From positions 53,987 through 77,986 of the forward strand of contig JBBCHN010000003.1 in NCBI GenBank assembly GCA_037200105.1: a DNA stretch of 24,000 bases. The letters are read 5' to 3'. Shown in pieces: positions 7,822 to 17,859 of this stretch. This DNA comes from Candidatus Saccharimonadota bacterium (GTDB taxonomy: Bacteria > Patescibacteriota > Saccharimonadia > Saccharimonadales > UBA4665). How positions within the stretch are numbered: position 1 is the stretch's first letter; the number at the start of each line of letters is the position of its first letter. Under the pieces are notes generated by a model. That model made no database searches and had not been told where the DNA came from. It saw only the letters and a program-made list of their open reading frames with translations. The position numbers and the translations under genes are program-made.

Positions 7822-9134
7822 ATGGAAAGAACTTTAGTTAGAGACCTTGCTGCTAATGTCGGTAAAACAGTTAGCGTTACAGCTGGTTACATAAGAAGCG
7901 TTTACTTGGTGGGCTGACCTTTATTAACTTGAGAGACAGAAGTGGCTTAGTACAGATCGTTATTAAAGACAAAGATCAGGTAGAAAAGTTACGTGGCCAG
8001 CAGGTAGGCAGTGTCCTAAAAGTTACCGGTAAGGTTAACAAGGAACCTAGGGCTCCAGGTGGTTTTGAGATGCATGATCCGTCAGTTGAAGTCTTAGTAC
8101 CAATTACTGCCGAACCACTTATTGAAATAGATAAGCCTCTGTCTCATGCTCCAGCTAATCTAGATACTTTGTTTGAATACCGTCCTATTGGTCTTAGAAA
8201 CCTGCAAGAGACAGCTATCTTTAAAGTCCAAGCAGCAGTGTTAAGAGCACTACGACAATACTTTTATGACAATGACTTTACGGAAATAAGGACACCAAAG
8301 ATACTAGCAGCGGCAACTGAGGGCGGAGCAGAAGTCTTTAAGTTCGATTACTTTGGTAAGCAAGCTACCCTAGCTCAAAGCCCACAGTTTTATAAACAAA
8401 TCATGGTAGGTGTTTTTGAGAGAGTCTTTGAAATCTCGCCAGTCTATAGAGCAGAACCAAGCGCTACGACTCGTCACATGACTGAATACAATTCAGTCGA
8501 TGCCGAGATGGGCTTTATTAATATTGAGGATCTAAAAACAGTACTTAGCGATCTGCTAAACTTTGTTGTCGACTACATCTGGGAAAACTGTCAGGCTGAA
8601 GTTCAGCTACTAAAGGTTGAAAAACCAGAACTCAAGAAAGCTATACCAAGTATGACTATGGCTGATATACATGAGAAGTACTCAAAGGAGACTGGTCAAA
8701 ACACGGTTGGTGAAAAAGACCTGAGGCCTGATGAGGAAAAATGGGCCTGTGATTACGCTAAGAAAAACCTTGGATCTGAAGCTGTCTTTGTTACCGACTG
8801 GCCCGCTAGTGAGATGAAGTTTTACCACAAAGCTCAAGCTGACAATGTTGAGCTAGCAGATAGAATTGACCTGCTTTTTAAGGGCGTAGAAATCGTAACT
8901 GGCTCAATGCGTGAGAACGATTACGACAAAGTTATCCAGCAGCTTAAAGACATGGCCAAAAGTGATCCCAACGATCCTGGGTTTAGGCCGTTACTTCTAG
9001 CCATGCAGGCTGGTATGCCGCCACATGGTGGATTTGGCATGGGGCTAGAACGACTAACCGAAAAGATGCTTGGTCTTAGTAACGTCAAAGAGGCCAGTCT
9101 GTTCCCAAGAGATATCAATCGCTTAGCTCCTTAA
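7822..9134 (+). CDS. aspS: aspartate--tRNA ligase, short archaeal/eukaryal-type (no GAD insertion); one apparent frameshift near 7880-7885
   Basis: MERTLVRDLAANVGKTVSVT, then a shift, then WLHKKRLLGGLTFINLRDRSGLVQIV (OB-fold anticodon-binding domain). Class II core motifs are FTEIRTPKI, QSPQFYKQ, YRAEPSATTRHMTEY and GGFGMGLERL, ending in FPRDINRLAP-stop. The total is about 437 aa. Confidence 0.9.
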
Positions 9135-9164
9135 GCATTTTCTTGGTTTAAAGAGTAAAATACT

Positions 9165-10234
9165 TATGGTAATAATGTTGATACTGTCACTTTTAACTTC
9201 CTGTAGTAGTGCATAAAGAGATTGTCGATTTACCAGAACCAGTTGGGCCGGATGTTAAAACCATACCGCTAGTTTGGGCAATGCCATGTCGAACTGCACG
9301 AAGAGTTCTGCCTCTATAACCCATGTCCTCAAGCACAAGCTTAGTACGAGATTTATCTAGTAACCTAATGACCACCTGCTCTCCCCATACTACCGGGGAT
9401 ATAGAGATACGAAGGTCAATCTTTTTCTCACCTTCTTTAATTGAGAACTCACCGTCTTGAGGAATTCTATGTTCATCAATCTTCATGTTTGATAGAATTT
9501 TTACTCTTGAAACTAGTGCAGGTTCAGTACTTTTTGGCAGCTTCATTATTTCTCTTAGGACACCGTCAATTCGGCAACGAATACGAAGTTCAGTTTCGGT
9601 TGGCTCCATGTGGATATCGCTGGCTCGGTTAGTAGCCGCATATTCTAGAATCGTATTTAGGGCTTTAGATATTGGTGAGTCCTGAACGATCGTTTTTATA
9701 TTGTGATCATCCTCAGCCTTTGCCTTGACCCTAGCATTGTTGTTGCCACCAGCCTCATCGGAATACTGCTCAACTGCACTATCATCAATCTTAATCTTGT
9801 ACTGTTTTAGAACGTTCTTAATACCCTCTTCACTAGCAGCGTAGACTTTTATGGGTTTAGCAATTTTATTCTGCAAAAAGTCGACAGCTTGGACATTATC
9901 GGCATCTAACATAGCTATTATTACTTTGCCGTCTATTTCACCTAATGGCACAGCCATGTAGTGCTCAGCAATGTCTTTAGATAGTAGTTCAAGTGAGGTT
10001 TGTTCGACGTAGGCGTCTCGAAGATTAACGTATGGCAAGCTATTGGCATGAGCTATGTACTTCGTTAGCTCTTCATTATTAACATAGCCACCCTTAACTA
10101 GGGTGCTAATTTATGGGAGTCTGCTCTTTATCAGACTTTTGCTTAGCTTCAGCTAATTGTTCGGCTGTTATTACGCCGTCTTTTACTAAGCTGTCCTGAA
10201 CTGATTGTTGTGTGTCTTCAGATAATACGCTCAT
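9165..10234 (-). pseudogene. pilB: type IV pilus assembly ATPase PilB/GspE, 3'-truncated shortly after Walker A; also frameshifted near 10110 and 9200
   Basis: MSVLSEDTQQSVQDSLVKDGVITAEQLAEAKQKS..., then a shift, then LISTLVKGGYVNNEELTKYIAHANSLPYVNLRDAYV (GSPII_E N-terminal domain)...RIRCRIDGVL...LTSGPTGSGKST (Walker A). After a further shift it reads SLYALLQEVKSDSINIITI. Similarity stops at about 9165, and aspS ends at 9134. The expected EDPVE, Asp box, Walker B and His box are all absent. Confidence 0.8.
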
Positions 10235-10235
10235 C

Positions 10236-10493
10236 TTAAAAGACCTTATTGAGCGGAACTAATGGTTGTTGGCTATTGTTTGGTGATATGTTGATTATCT
10301 GCGTTGGGTCAATAGCTTGGTTATTGAAGTACTGGCTTGATGGCTTAGGAAAACTAGTGGTTATTACAGGGACTACATCAACCAGTGTATTCTTAGCGCC
10401 AGAGTTAGAGAAGACATACTTGTCGGCGATGATTGATACGAATATACCAGCAATTACTGCAACTATTATTGGTACTATGTCTAGTTGTTTCAT
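10236..10493 (-). CDS. small single-pass membrane protein in the pilus operon (possible PilP-like accessory component)
   Basis: 85 aa with an N-terminal TM helix IVPIIVAVIAGIFVSII. Its start overlaps the pilO stop, and its own stop lies 1 nt before the pilB start codon. No family assignment. Confidence 0.45.
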   Translation of the reverse strand: MKQLDIVPIIVAVIAGIFVSIIADKYVFSNSGAKNTLVDVVPVITTSFPKPSSQYFNNQAIDPTQIINISPNNSQQPLVPLNKVF

Positions 10494-11147
10494 TACTGTA
10501 CGTTCTCCGTAGTTATATTAAACTGCTTAGCTGGCTGGAAGAAAGTTTGAGCAGTGACAGTTAGGTTAACATCTGATTGATCACCAGATAATGTTAGTGT
10601 CTGGAATTGGAATGGTCTTATTGATTTCTCAAAGATACCTATAACGTTTTGAACGTTCTGGTATGGACCATCAATAGTGAAAGTAAATGGCATAGCTACT
10701 GTGTAATTACTTGATGTGCCACTACCTACCGTAGCAGACTCATCAGTACCACCAATACTATCTACAGTTACTCCCTGATTGCTCAGCAGACTTTGAAGGC
10801 TATCTGTTAGTGCTGGGTAATCGTAAACGCTGGGTAGTGCATCTAAAACTATCTTTAGAGTTGTCGTTATCTACCCCACTAACAGTACCTCCTAGTAGAT
10901 TAGTCTGGGCATTATTGAAACTCTTGTAGCTGTTTGTTAGCTTATTAGCGGCCATAACGTCAGCCTGTAGTTGATTTCTAGCAGTTGTTTTATCACTAAT
11001 TACTTTGTTTTGGAAAGTCAGTTTATTCCAAAGTGCATGTGATGAGGAAAGACTAAAGATAAACAAGAAGGCAGCAATTGAAGCAAATTTAACCATGTTG
11101 CTCATGGATTTTTGGATTTGTAGTCGTTTAGCTATTTGTTGTGCCAT
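10493..11147 (-). CDS. pilO: PilO-like pilus alignment protein; one apparent frameshift near 10850
   Basis: ORF 10800..11147 has a TM helix (FASIAAFLFIFSLSS) followed by a coiled-coil region (ARNQLQADVMAANKLTNSYK). After a shift it continues ...IVLDALPSVYDYPALTDSLQSLLSNQGVTVDSIGG... into ORF 10493..10693. Its position after pilM-pilN and the AAGAGGA SD upstream of ATG 11147 support the call. Confidence 0.6.
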
Positions 11148-11159
11148 TATATTTTCCTC

Positions 11160-11865
11160 TTATGGTGTCGTTGAAGTTGTTGGCTTAGGGGCAGCCTTAA
11201 ATAAGTCCGGTTGGTTTAGGATTGATCGTGTAGTTATCTCGCTAGGTACAACCAAAGTTACGTTGTCAGCAGCGTTAAATAGGATAGGGTCAAAGTTAAA
11301 TGAAATTGTATATTGTGTTGCTGGTCACACCAGTGGTGCTACTGTTGTATGCGAATGAAGTTAGGACAACTGCACTAAAAGCTTCAACACCATTAGTTTT
11401 AATAGTAGCGTTGTTATATGTTGCGTACTTCAACGTATCAACAAAGGTGTTAACCGTATTCAGCGAGTCAGCTCCACCAGTAATAACAATGTTGTTGGCT
11501 GTATAACTAACGTCTAGTGTGGATATAGTTGCAGTAAGTGGAGTTAACTGAGAAAGATAGCCAAATAATCTAGAAGCTGTTGGCGATTGATTCTCTAGGC
11601 TAGGTATAGTTTTTAGCTGGTTTTGAACAGTCAGTATCTGGTTTAGACTCTTGTTAGATTTTAGCTGGGCAGTTGTCGTAGTTATATTATTATTTAGATC
11701 GTCTATTCTAACTTTTTGACCGACATCAACAAATACGAACAATAGAATAAATACTAAGATTGAAGCTGCACCGACTATAAACGAAGCCGTTATTACTAAA
11801 TACTCAAGACGTTTAGCCTTAAGGTGCTGTACCTTAACATCTGGAAGAAGGTTAAACTCAACCAT
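11160..11865 (-). CDS. pilN: PilN-like pilus alignment protein; one apparent frameshift near 11300
   Basis: MVEFNLLPDVKVQHLKAKRLEYLVITASFIVGAASILVFILLFVFV carries the (I/F)NLLP motif plus a TM helix, as in PilN/Fimbrial assembly family. The C-terminus continues after a shift (FNFDPILFNAADNVTLVVPSEITTRS...TTSTTP-stop at 11160-11162). The start overlaps the end of pilM. Confidence 0.7.
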
Positions 11866-12889
11866 TAGTTCTCTCCGCTAGTCCTGCTGCAATAGCAAAG
11901 TGATTAGATACAGTTAACAGTTCATTTTGTCTTGATGGATCATAAACTACATTACGCCAAGCATTACCAATTTCAACATTAACGCCAAACTTATTGGCTA
12001 GATAGACTGGGAACTCTGGTAGCGTTGAAGCTGCACCAGTTACAATAATTCGATCAATCTTAGTGTTTGCATAACGGGCTGCAAAGAACTTAAGAGACTT
12101 CTCTATCTCATTAATGATACTATCTACAGTACCAATTATTGCCTGGTGAACTTGACCTTCAAGCTTATCTTTACCTAGACCGAACTTGAAGATTAACTGT
12201 TCAGCTTGCTTCTCATCAACGTTTAGATTCTGGGCACCAGTTCGTATAATGGCTTCGCTACCGGTAGGTATTGATCTAGTTAGCCTTGGTGCATCGTTCA
12301 TAATAATAGCCAGATCAGTACTCTTACTGTCTATATTTATAATCATTTGGGGTGGTGCTGTACCTGGAGCTGTTAGAGCCCTACAAAGCGCCATAGTGTC
12401 AGGTTCAAAGGCAATAACGTTCAGTCCAATACCCTCTAACATATCCAAGTACTTCTCAACAAAGGCATTAGTTACGCTCGATAGTAATACTTCAACTTTG
12501 TTCTTGTCTACTGGTGAGTCACCTAGTAGCTCCCAATCAAATTTTGATTCAGCTATAGGAGTTGGGATTAAAGAATCAACCTGGAACCTTATAGACTTGG
12601 CTAGTTCGGCTTTGGGTATCCTATCCATATCAACAACAGTAGTAAATATTCTCTGAGCTGGTACACCAACAGCAACGTTTTTGGTAGATACCTGGGCCTT
12701 GCCTACTAGATCAGCAATAACCTCGGCCAGGTTTTGTTGGTCGCCTTTGGCATCACTTTGTGAGACCTTACTATCTATTGGAACGTAAGCATAACGCACT
12801 AGCGACTTACTGGTTGAATTACCCCTAAGTTGTACTAGGCGAATAGCTGTGGACCCTATATTTAAACCGAAGAAAATCAGATATCCCAC
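11858..12889 (-). CDS. pilM: type IV pilus assembly protein PilM (actin-like ATPase fold)
   Basis: 343 aa: FGLNIGSTAIRLVQL...VAVGVPAQRIFT...NIDSKSTDLAIIMND...IIVTGAASTLPEFPVYLANKFGVNVEIGNAW matches the PilM/FtsA-like pattern. The track uses GTG 12889. ATG 12902 is an alternative start if one frame correction is made. Confidence 0.85.
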   Translation of the reverse strand: MGYLIFFGLNIGSTAIRLVQLRGNSTSKSLVRYAYVPIDSKVSQSDAKGDQQNLAEVIADLVGKAQVSTKNVAVGVPAQRIFTTVVDMDRIPKAELAKSIRFQVDSLIPTPIAESKFDWELLGDSPVDKNKVEVLLSSVTNAFVEKYLDMLEGIGLNVIAFEPDTMALCRALTAPGTAPPQMIINIDSKSTDLAIIMNDAPRLTRSIPTGSEAIIRTGAQNLNVDEKQAEQLIFKFGLGKDKLEGQVHQAIIGTVDSIINEIEKSLKFFAARYANTKIDRIIVTGAASTLPEFPVYLANKFGVNVEIGNAWRNVVYDPSRQNELLTVSNHFAIAAGLAERTNG

Positions 12890-12959
12890 TCAAGATATTC
12901 ATATGGCTGATTATATCATAAGCATTTAGTTATGAATGATATAAAAAAACTATAATTTA

Positions 12960-13726
12960 CTATCTTCCGCTGCGAAGAAGTCCGGCTATTCTCTTTTTGG
13001 CACTATCTACTCGGCCAGCTCTTTGAGGTACTGACTGCTTCGCTCTTTCTGCGTCACCTTTTTCAACTATCTTTCTTTGTTCAGCGGTAGCAACAGTAGT
13101 AACTACTGTGCCTGATGTACCCTTGTCTCCAGTAAGTCGAAGACCACCCGTTGCCTTATCAAAGCCAACAACCAACTGACTGGAAGATACGGCGTCGTTA
13201 TGTATTACCTCTGTTTGGTGATCACCAGCATAAGGCTTACCAAAAGCATCATACCAACTCATATTATTTCGACTTCTACCAAGTAAGCCAGATTGAGTTG
13301 ATGGCTTAACGGTCGCAAAACCAGAGATAGTAGATTGATCAGCCATAACTACCATGTAAAGTGACTCGTCAGGATTGTAAGCCGCATCAGTCTCAGCATA
13401 ACCAAGGAATGATCGTAACTGCCTATTTTGATTATCAGGCTCTACTCTTACAACAAGGGCCTGTCTATCATGATTACCCTTTTCCATACCACCAAATTCC
13501 AGTTTAGCGACAACTGGTGCTCCATAAATATCACCAAAATCTATCCGTTGTGGCATCGGGGGCTATAACTATACTGTCACCTTCACCTATTTCAGCTCTT
13601 AGAACTGGGGTGATTACATCTTCATGCCCAACCTTTCTATATTCGGGTATAATCTGCCCATCAAAATGTTGACTAACTGGGGGCAACTTCCGGTGATGGA
13701 TATAGGTTGTGTTTTGGTGTTGTCAT
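12960..13726 (-). CDS. hypothetical protein with possible FHA-like C-terminal region; about 2 apparent frameshifts near 13560 and 13680
   Basis: MTTPKHNLYPSPEVAP / VSQHFDGQIIPEYRKVGHEDVITPVLRAEIGEGDSIVIAP joins ORF 12960..13556. The segment LLGRSRNN...VSSSQLVVGFDKATGGLRLTGDKGTSGTVV loosely resembles the FHA pattern (GR...VS..H..........L.D.GS.NGT.V). The tail is basic. Weak call. Confidence 0.4.
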
Positions 13727-13805
13727 ATTTTTACTCTACAATTACATTAGCATAAGCTTGATTAAATGTCAATGAAGTGTGACTCATATCTGCTAGAATT
13801 ACCTT

Positions 13806-14893
13806 ATGTCATCTTCAATTTCTTGCGGTATAGTCGGTTTACCTAATGTTGGTAAATCAACCCTGTTTAACTGCTTAACTAGGGCTGGTGCGCTAGTCGC
13901 TAACTACCCTTTCGCCACTATTGATCCTAATGTCGGCATTGTTGAAGTTAGTGACGAGCGGCTAAGAGTTTTAGCTAAAATGTTTGATTCAGACAAAATA
14001 GTACCAGCTACGCTTAGTGTTACAGACATTGCTGGACTAGTAGCTGGAGCCAGTAATGGTGAGGGTCTAGGCAACCAATTCTTAAGTCACATTCGGTCTT
14101 GTAAAGCCATAGTCCAAGTAGTGCGGGCATTTGAGGATAGCTCAGTTACTCATGTAGATAATGATCATAACCCTAAGAAAGATATTGAAGTTAATTAATA
14201 CTGAGCTTGTACTGGCTGATCTAGAGACAATAGATAAGCGAATAGCTAAAGTCCAAAAAGAAGCTAAGGCTAATCCTAAACTTGCTGGACTAGTAGCTCA
14301 GTACATTAAAGCTAAGGAAATACTGGATACAGGCGAACCGCTCTGGAATGTTGGTGAGGATTTTGAAGAGCTAAATTGATCTGCAGCTACTAACACTAAA
14401 ACCAGTGATCTACCTATTTAATATGGATGAGGCTGGACTGGCTGATGAGAATAAAAAGAAAGAGCTAGCCGCAATAGTTGCACCTACTCCCTGCTTATTT
14501 ATATGCGCCAAATTAGAAGCCGAGCTAAGTGAGCTAGACGAGGAGGATCAAAAGGAACTGCTGCTTAGTTACGGACAAAATGAATCTGCCCTTATTAAGC
14601 TGACTAAGGAGCTATATAAGCTACTTGGACTTCAAAGTTATCTAACGGCTGGTAAAACAGAGGTTAGAGCTTGGACTATTAAGCAAGGATCCAGTGCCCC
14701 ACAAGCAGCAGGTGCCATACATACAGATTTTGAACGAGGCTTTATAGCAGCTGATGTCGTTAGCTACCCCGACCTTATAGAAGCCGGCTCTCTAGTATCA
14801 GCCAAATCAGCCGGCAAAGTTAGAACAGAAGGCAAAACCTACATCGTTAAAGACGATGACATTATTGAATTCAAGTTCAATGTTTCTAAATAG
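13806..14893 (+). CDS. ychF: ribosome-binding ATPase YchF (Obg-family GTPase); 2 apparent frameshifts near 14195 and 14378
   Basis: [16 protein letters not shown] (G1), [31 protein letters not shown] (G3). The reading continues across three track ORFs (13806..14198, 14161..14379, 14405..14893). It ends with the TGS-like domain: [31 protein letters not shown]. Confidence 0.9.
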
Positions 14894-14916
14894 ATGAAGC
14901 TGACAAACGTCGTCTC

Positions 14917-15738
14917 TTAATACTTAGTATTAGGGGGCAACTTTGAGTAAGCAATCTTCAAGGGATTAACGTGAGTGCCATTAAAGTCTACCGAGCTTAG
15001 CTGTGTTGGTACTAGGGGCTGTGTAGTATCTACAGCGGGCTGACCAGTATCACTTTGGTACTTACCAAATATCTCCTTAATTCCATCCTCATAGAGCTGT
15101 GAGCTAGTTATACCAACAGCATCAGATAGTGGGTTGGTATCAGCAAAGTTAGATGCTGGTATGGCACCGTTAACTACGGGGGTTTTTGCTGCCTGGACAT
15201 TAGCTGACATTTGTGTAGATATTGCCATTGGCGCAGCTACGGCTTGGCTTTCCTTTCTCATGTCGTACTGACCTAGTAGGTATGCTCTGAGCTGCTCATT
15301 CATTTTTTGTGCATCATTCTGCTGATTAGCTTCCTCGGCTTTATGGTCCTTCTTTAGTTCGGCCATTCTATGCTGAACGTGGCTAATTAGTTTACGTAGT
15401 CTTGGTTGGTTATAGCTTCTAAATATTAGGTTCTTGCTACCGGCCGATACGCCTATGCTAGCGTTAAACATTCGGTGAGAGTAATCGATTTGAGTTATCA
15501 TATCAAACCTCAAGTCCTCAACATTCAAGAACTTAAATGGTTTCTTATCTATCAGCAACACTCTAACATTAGTGGCACAAAGCAATGCATATCCGCCTTC
15601 ATACCAACCATTCACACATTCAAATATTTCTTCATCCGGTAACAAGACTTCGGCTAGTTCTGCAGCTTCGGGTTTATTCCAACCACTGTTGAATTTTATC
15701 TTCCTTAGTTGGTCTTGGACTGACTTGGAGCTTACCAT
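14917..15738 (-). CDS. bacterial PH-domain (YokE/bPH-like) protein with a low-complexity C-terminal half
   Basis: 273 aa. The N-terminal 130 aa (LLPDEEIFECVNGWYEGGYALLCATNVRVLLIDKKPFKFLNVEDLRFDMITQIDYS...IGVSAGSKNLIF) fit the bacterial PH-like topology. The remainder is Q/A/P/T-rich. Confidence 0.55.
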   Translation of the reverse strand: MVSSKSVQDQLRKIKFNSGWNKPEAAELAEVLLPDEEIFECVNGWYEGGYALLCATNVRVLLIDKKPFKFLNVEDLRFDMITQIDYSHRMFNASIGVSAGSKNLIFRSYNQPRLRKLISHVQHRMAELKKDHKAEEANQQNDAQKMNEQLRAYLLGQYDMRKESQAVAAPMAISTQMSANVQAAKTPVVNGAIPASNFADTNPLSDAVGITSSQLYEDGIKEIFGKYQSDTGQPAVDTTQPLVPTQLSSVDFNGTHVNPLKIAYSKLPPNTKY

Positions 15739-15874
15739 AACTTGCCTCCTTATCTATCATCCTACTCGGGAACATTAAATATGGCTGTAATATGCATTAC
15801 TTGCTAAATGCTACATTTATCACAACCGACCTTAGAAACTGGACACCTCTATCTGACTAGTTCATAATAAACAT

Positions 15875-16534
15875 ATGTTGGCTAGCACCTCGCAATCCAG
15901 CCAAGTTGGTGGACCTATTCAAAGTTTCAGGCCTCAAACAAACATTCAAAAAGGGAGACTACATAATACGCCCAGGTGATGCACCTTCGGGCGTTTACTA
16001 TATAGAGGAAGGTTTAGTTAAAAGCCTATGACATAACTAAGTACAACGAAGAAAATCTTCTTATAATCCGTAAGCGACATGAGATCTTCCCGCTAATCTG
16101 GGCCATAACTGGCCAAGAACGTCACGTTATATACCAATCCCTAGCCCCAACTACGACCTGGCGAATAAATAGAAACGTATTACTACACTCCATAAACAAA
16201 GATCCAGCAGGCATGGCCATACTACTGGATATGACAATTGAAATGTATAGGCTACATAGCGAGCGAATCCTAAACCTGGAATATAGAACAGTTAGAGAGC
16301 GGATCATATCCTTCCTTATCACAATGTCTCAAAGGTACGCCGTAAAACAAACTTCTGATGGGACTAATGATAGAGGTACCGCTGAGACACCAAGATATAG
16401 CGAGCTCAGTTAACGCTTCAAGAGAAACAACCAGCCGAGAACTATCCTACCTAGAACGTAAAGGGCTAATAACCTCTAAGCAATCATTTATTGTTCTAAA
16501 AGATACTGATGCCCTAAAACACTATCTAAGATAG
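15875..16534 (+). CDS. Crp/Fnr family transcriptional regulator; at least 3 apparent frameshifts
   Basis: cNMP-binding-like region LFKVSGLKQTFKKGDYIIRPGDAPSGVYYIEEGLVK, then YDITKYNEENLLIIRKRHEIFPL. The C-terminal HTH is RTVRERIISFL...VPLRHQDIASSVNASRETTSRELSYLERKGLI. The pieces lie in shifting frames, and the stop is at 16532-16534. Confidence 0.75.
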
Positions 16535-16536
16535 CC

Positions 16537-17194
16537 CTACTGCCAGCTTAGAATATTACTGTTTATAAGCTTTGGTATATCCTCATGACTTGTACATCCT
16601 GAACATCATAGTAGTGATTATTATCTATAAAGTCCTCAACGACACTGAGACAGAAGATCTCGTCAGCAAAGACATGCATCCAGTCAACGGCATTAACGCT
16701 AGCTACCGGTGTAGCCACTATTATCTTCTCGTATTTAATAACCTTTATAAAAGTTCTAGCTAGATCAAGTTTAAAAACTACTGCCTACACCATCTGAGGC
16801 TAGGATAACATTATGTCCGGCTAGGATATTACGATCAACAATACCGGCATCAGCAACTAGCTTAATTAAGCTCATGGAACTTAGCTATCCTTTGTTGCTC
16901 TATGTAGCCTCTGTTTTCTTGAGCAAGCTCTTCTAGATCCGGCTGGGAGTACTGGGAGTTAAATACAAACTCTCCATCTTGAGTTAGACCACCAATAGCC
17001 ATTGGCTCCCTAGGTAAGTCTATTTCCTGAGTTAGCATCATATTGAGACCACAGTGCAGCTGCTTGGCTATCTCAGCACCAATAACTGCTCCACCATCAT
17101 CAAGAATAAGCACTGAGCAGTTTTCGTATCGATACTTCTCTACTAGCCTGCTAGCAAGCATCCTACCAGCCTGACTTCTACTGTGAAAATACAT
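16537..17194 (-). CDS. putative phosphoribosyltransferase (COG1926-type); 2-3 apparent frameshifts
   Basis: MYFHSRSQAGRMLASRLVEKYRYENCSVLILDDGGAVIGAEIAKQLHCGLNMMLTQEIDLPREP... matches the F.dR..AG..LA..L...vlalprGG..va.eiA..L pattern. It continues after shifts as GHNVILASDGV...IIVATPVASVNAVDWMHVFADEIFCLSVVEDF...-stop at 16537-16539. Confidence 0.65.
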
Positions 17195-17213
17195 TAACTA
17201 AATAGTAGACTAT

Positions 17214-17833
17214 CTACCTATGTATTACGAATTTGGCTCCTAGATATAATAAATAGAAGCGTTCTTTATTACCCTTGCTACCACTAATTATGGTGTCTGT
17301 CTTATCTAGCACTACTGCGTAGCCTTTAATCCAAAGCTCAAAGTTTTTTAGAATAGTACGTCTAATGTTTTCATTCTTAACAATACCGTGATTCTTGTCC
17401 TCCGTCCGTGCCTCAAACTGAGGTTTAACTAGCACTATAAGCTGAGTTTTAGAACCAACTAACTTAAAGGACATGTGGCAGTATCTTACGAAGTGAGACG
17501 AAGATAAGTCTACAGCCACTATATCCGGCACAAAGCTAAGAGCTAGACCATTCTTTGTCCCATGTGGCTTAACATCTAATATGTCCTGTTTTTTCATGCA
17601 GCTCTATGCGGCCGTCTAATCTTAAAACCTTATCCATTTGGTTAGTACCTAGTTCAATAGCTATAACTTTGCTAGCTCCATTTTTTAGAGCAAAGTCACT
17701 AAAGCCACCAGTACTACTGCCTATATCCAGAACTAATTTGTCTATAAAATTAATAGCAAATTTAGAGCAGGCTTGCTCTAACTTAATTGCACCTCGACCA
17801 ACAATAGGCACTAGAATCAACATTGTCTTTCAT
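17214..17833 (-). CDS. tlyA: TlyA-family rRNA 2'-O-methyltransferase (FtsJ-like), apparently lacking the N-terminal S4 domain; 1-2 apparent frameshifts
   Basis: VGRGAIKLEQACSKFAINFIDKLVLDIGSSTGGFSDFALKNGASKVIAIELGTNQM carries the SAM-binding G.STGGF motif. It continues after a shift near 17590 into ORF 17214..17597 (LIVLVKPQFEA...). The start is either ATG 17833 with one frame correction or TTG 17823. Confidence 0.75.
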
Positions 17834-17859
17834 AATCTACCTTCGAGAACTAGGCTGTA

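Noticed and set aside
12186-12656. 156-aa + strand ORF inside pilM
   Set aside because: It is antisense to a well-supported PilM coding frame, has no SD or promoter, and has a composition typical of a codon-complement artefact. The same reasoning applies to 10249..10512, 11005..11358, 11300..11506, 9441..9685, 8921..9118, 5087..5317, 15572..15778, 17606..17884, 18239..18436, 20502..20714 and 23042..23287.
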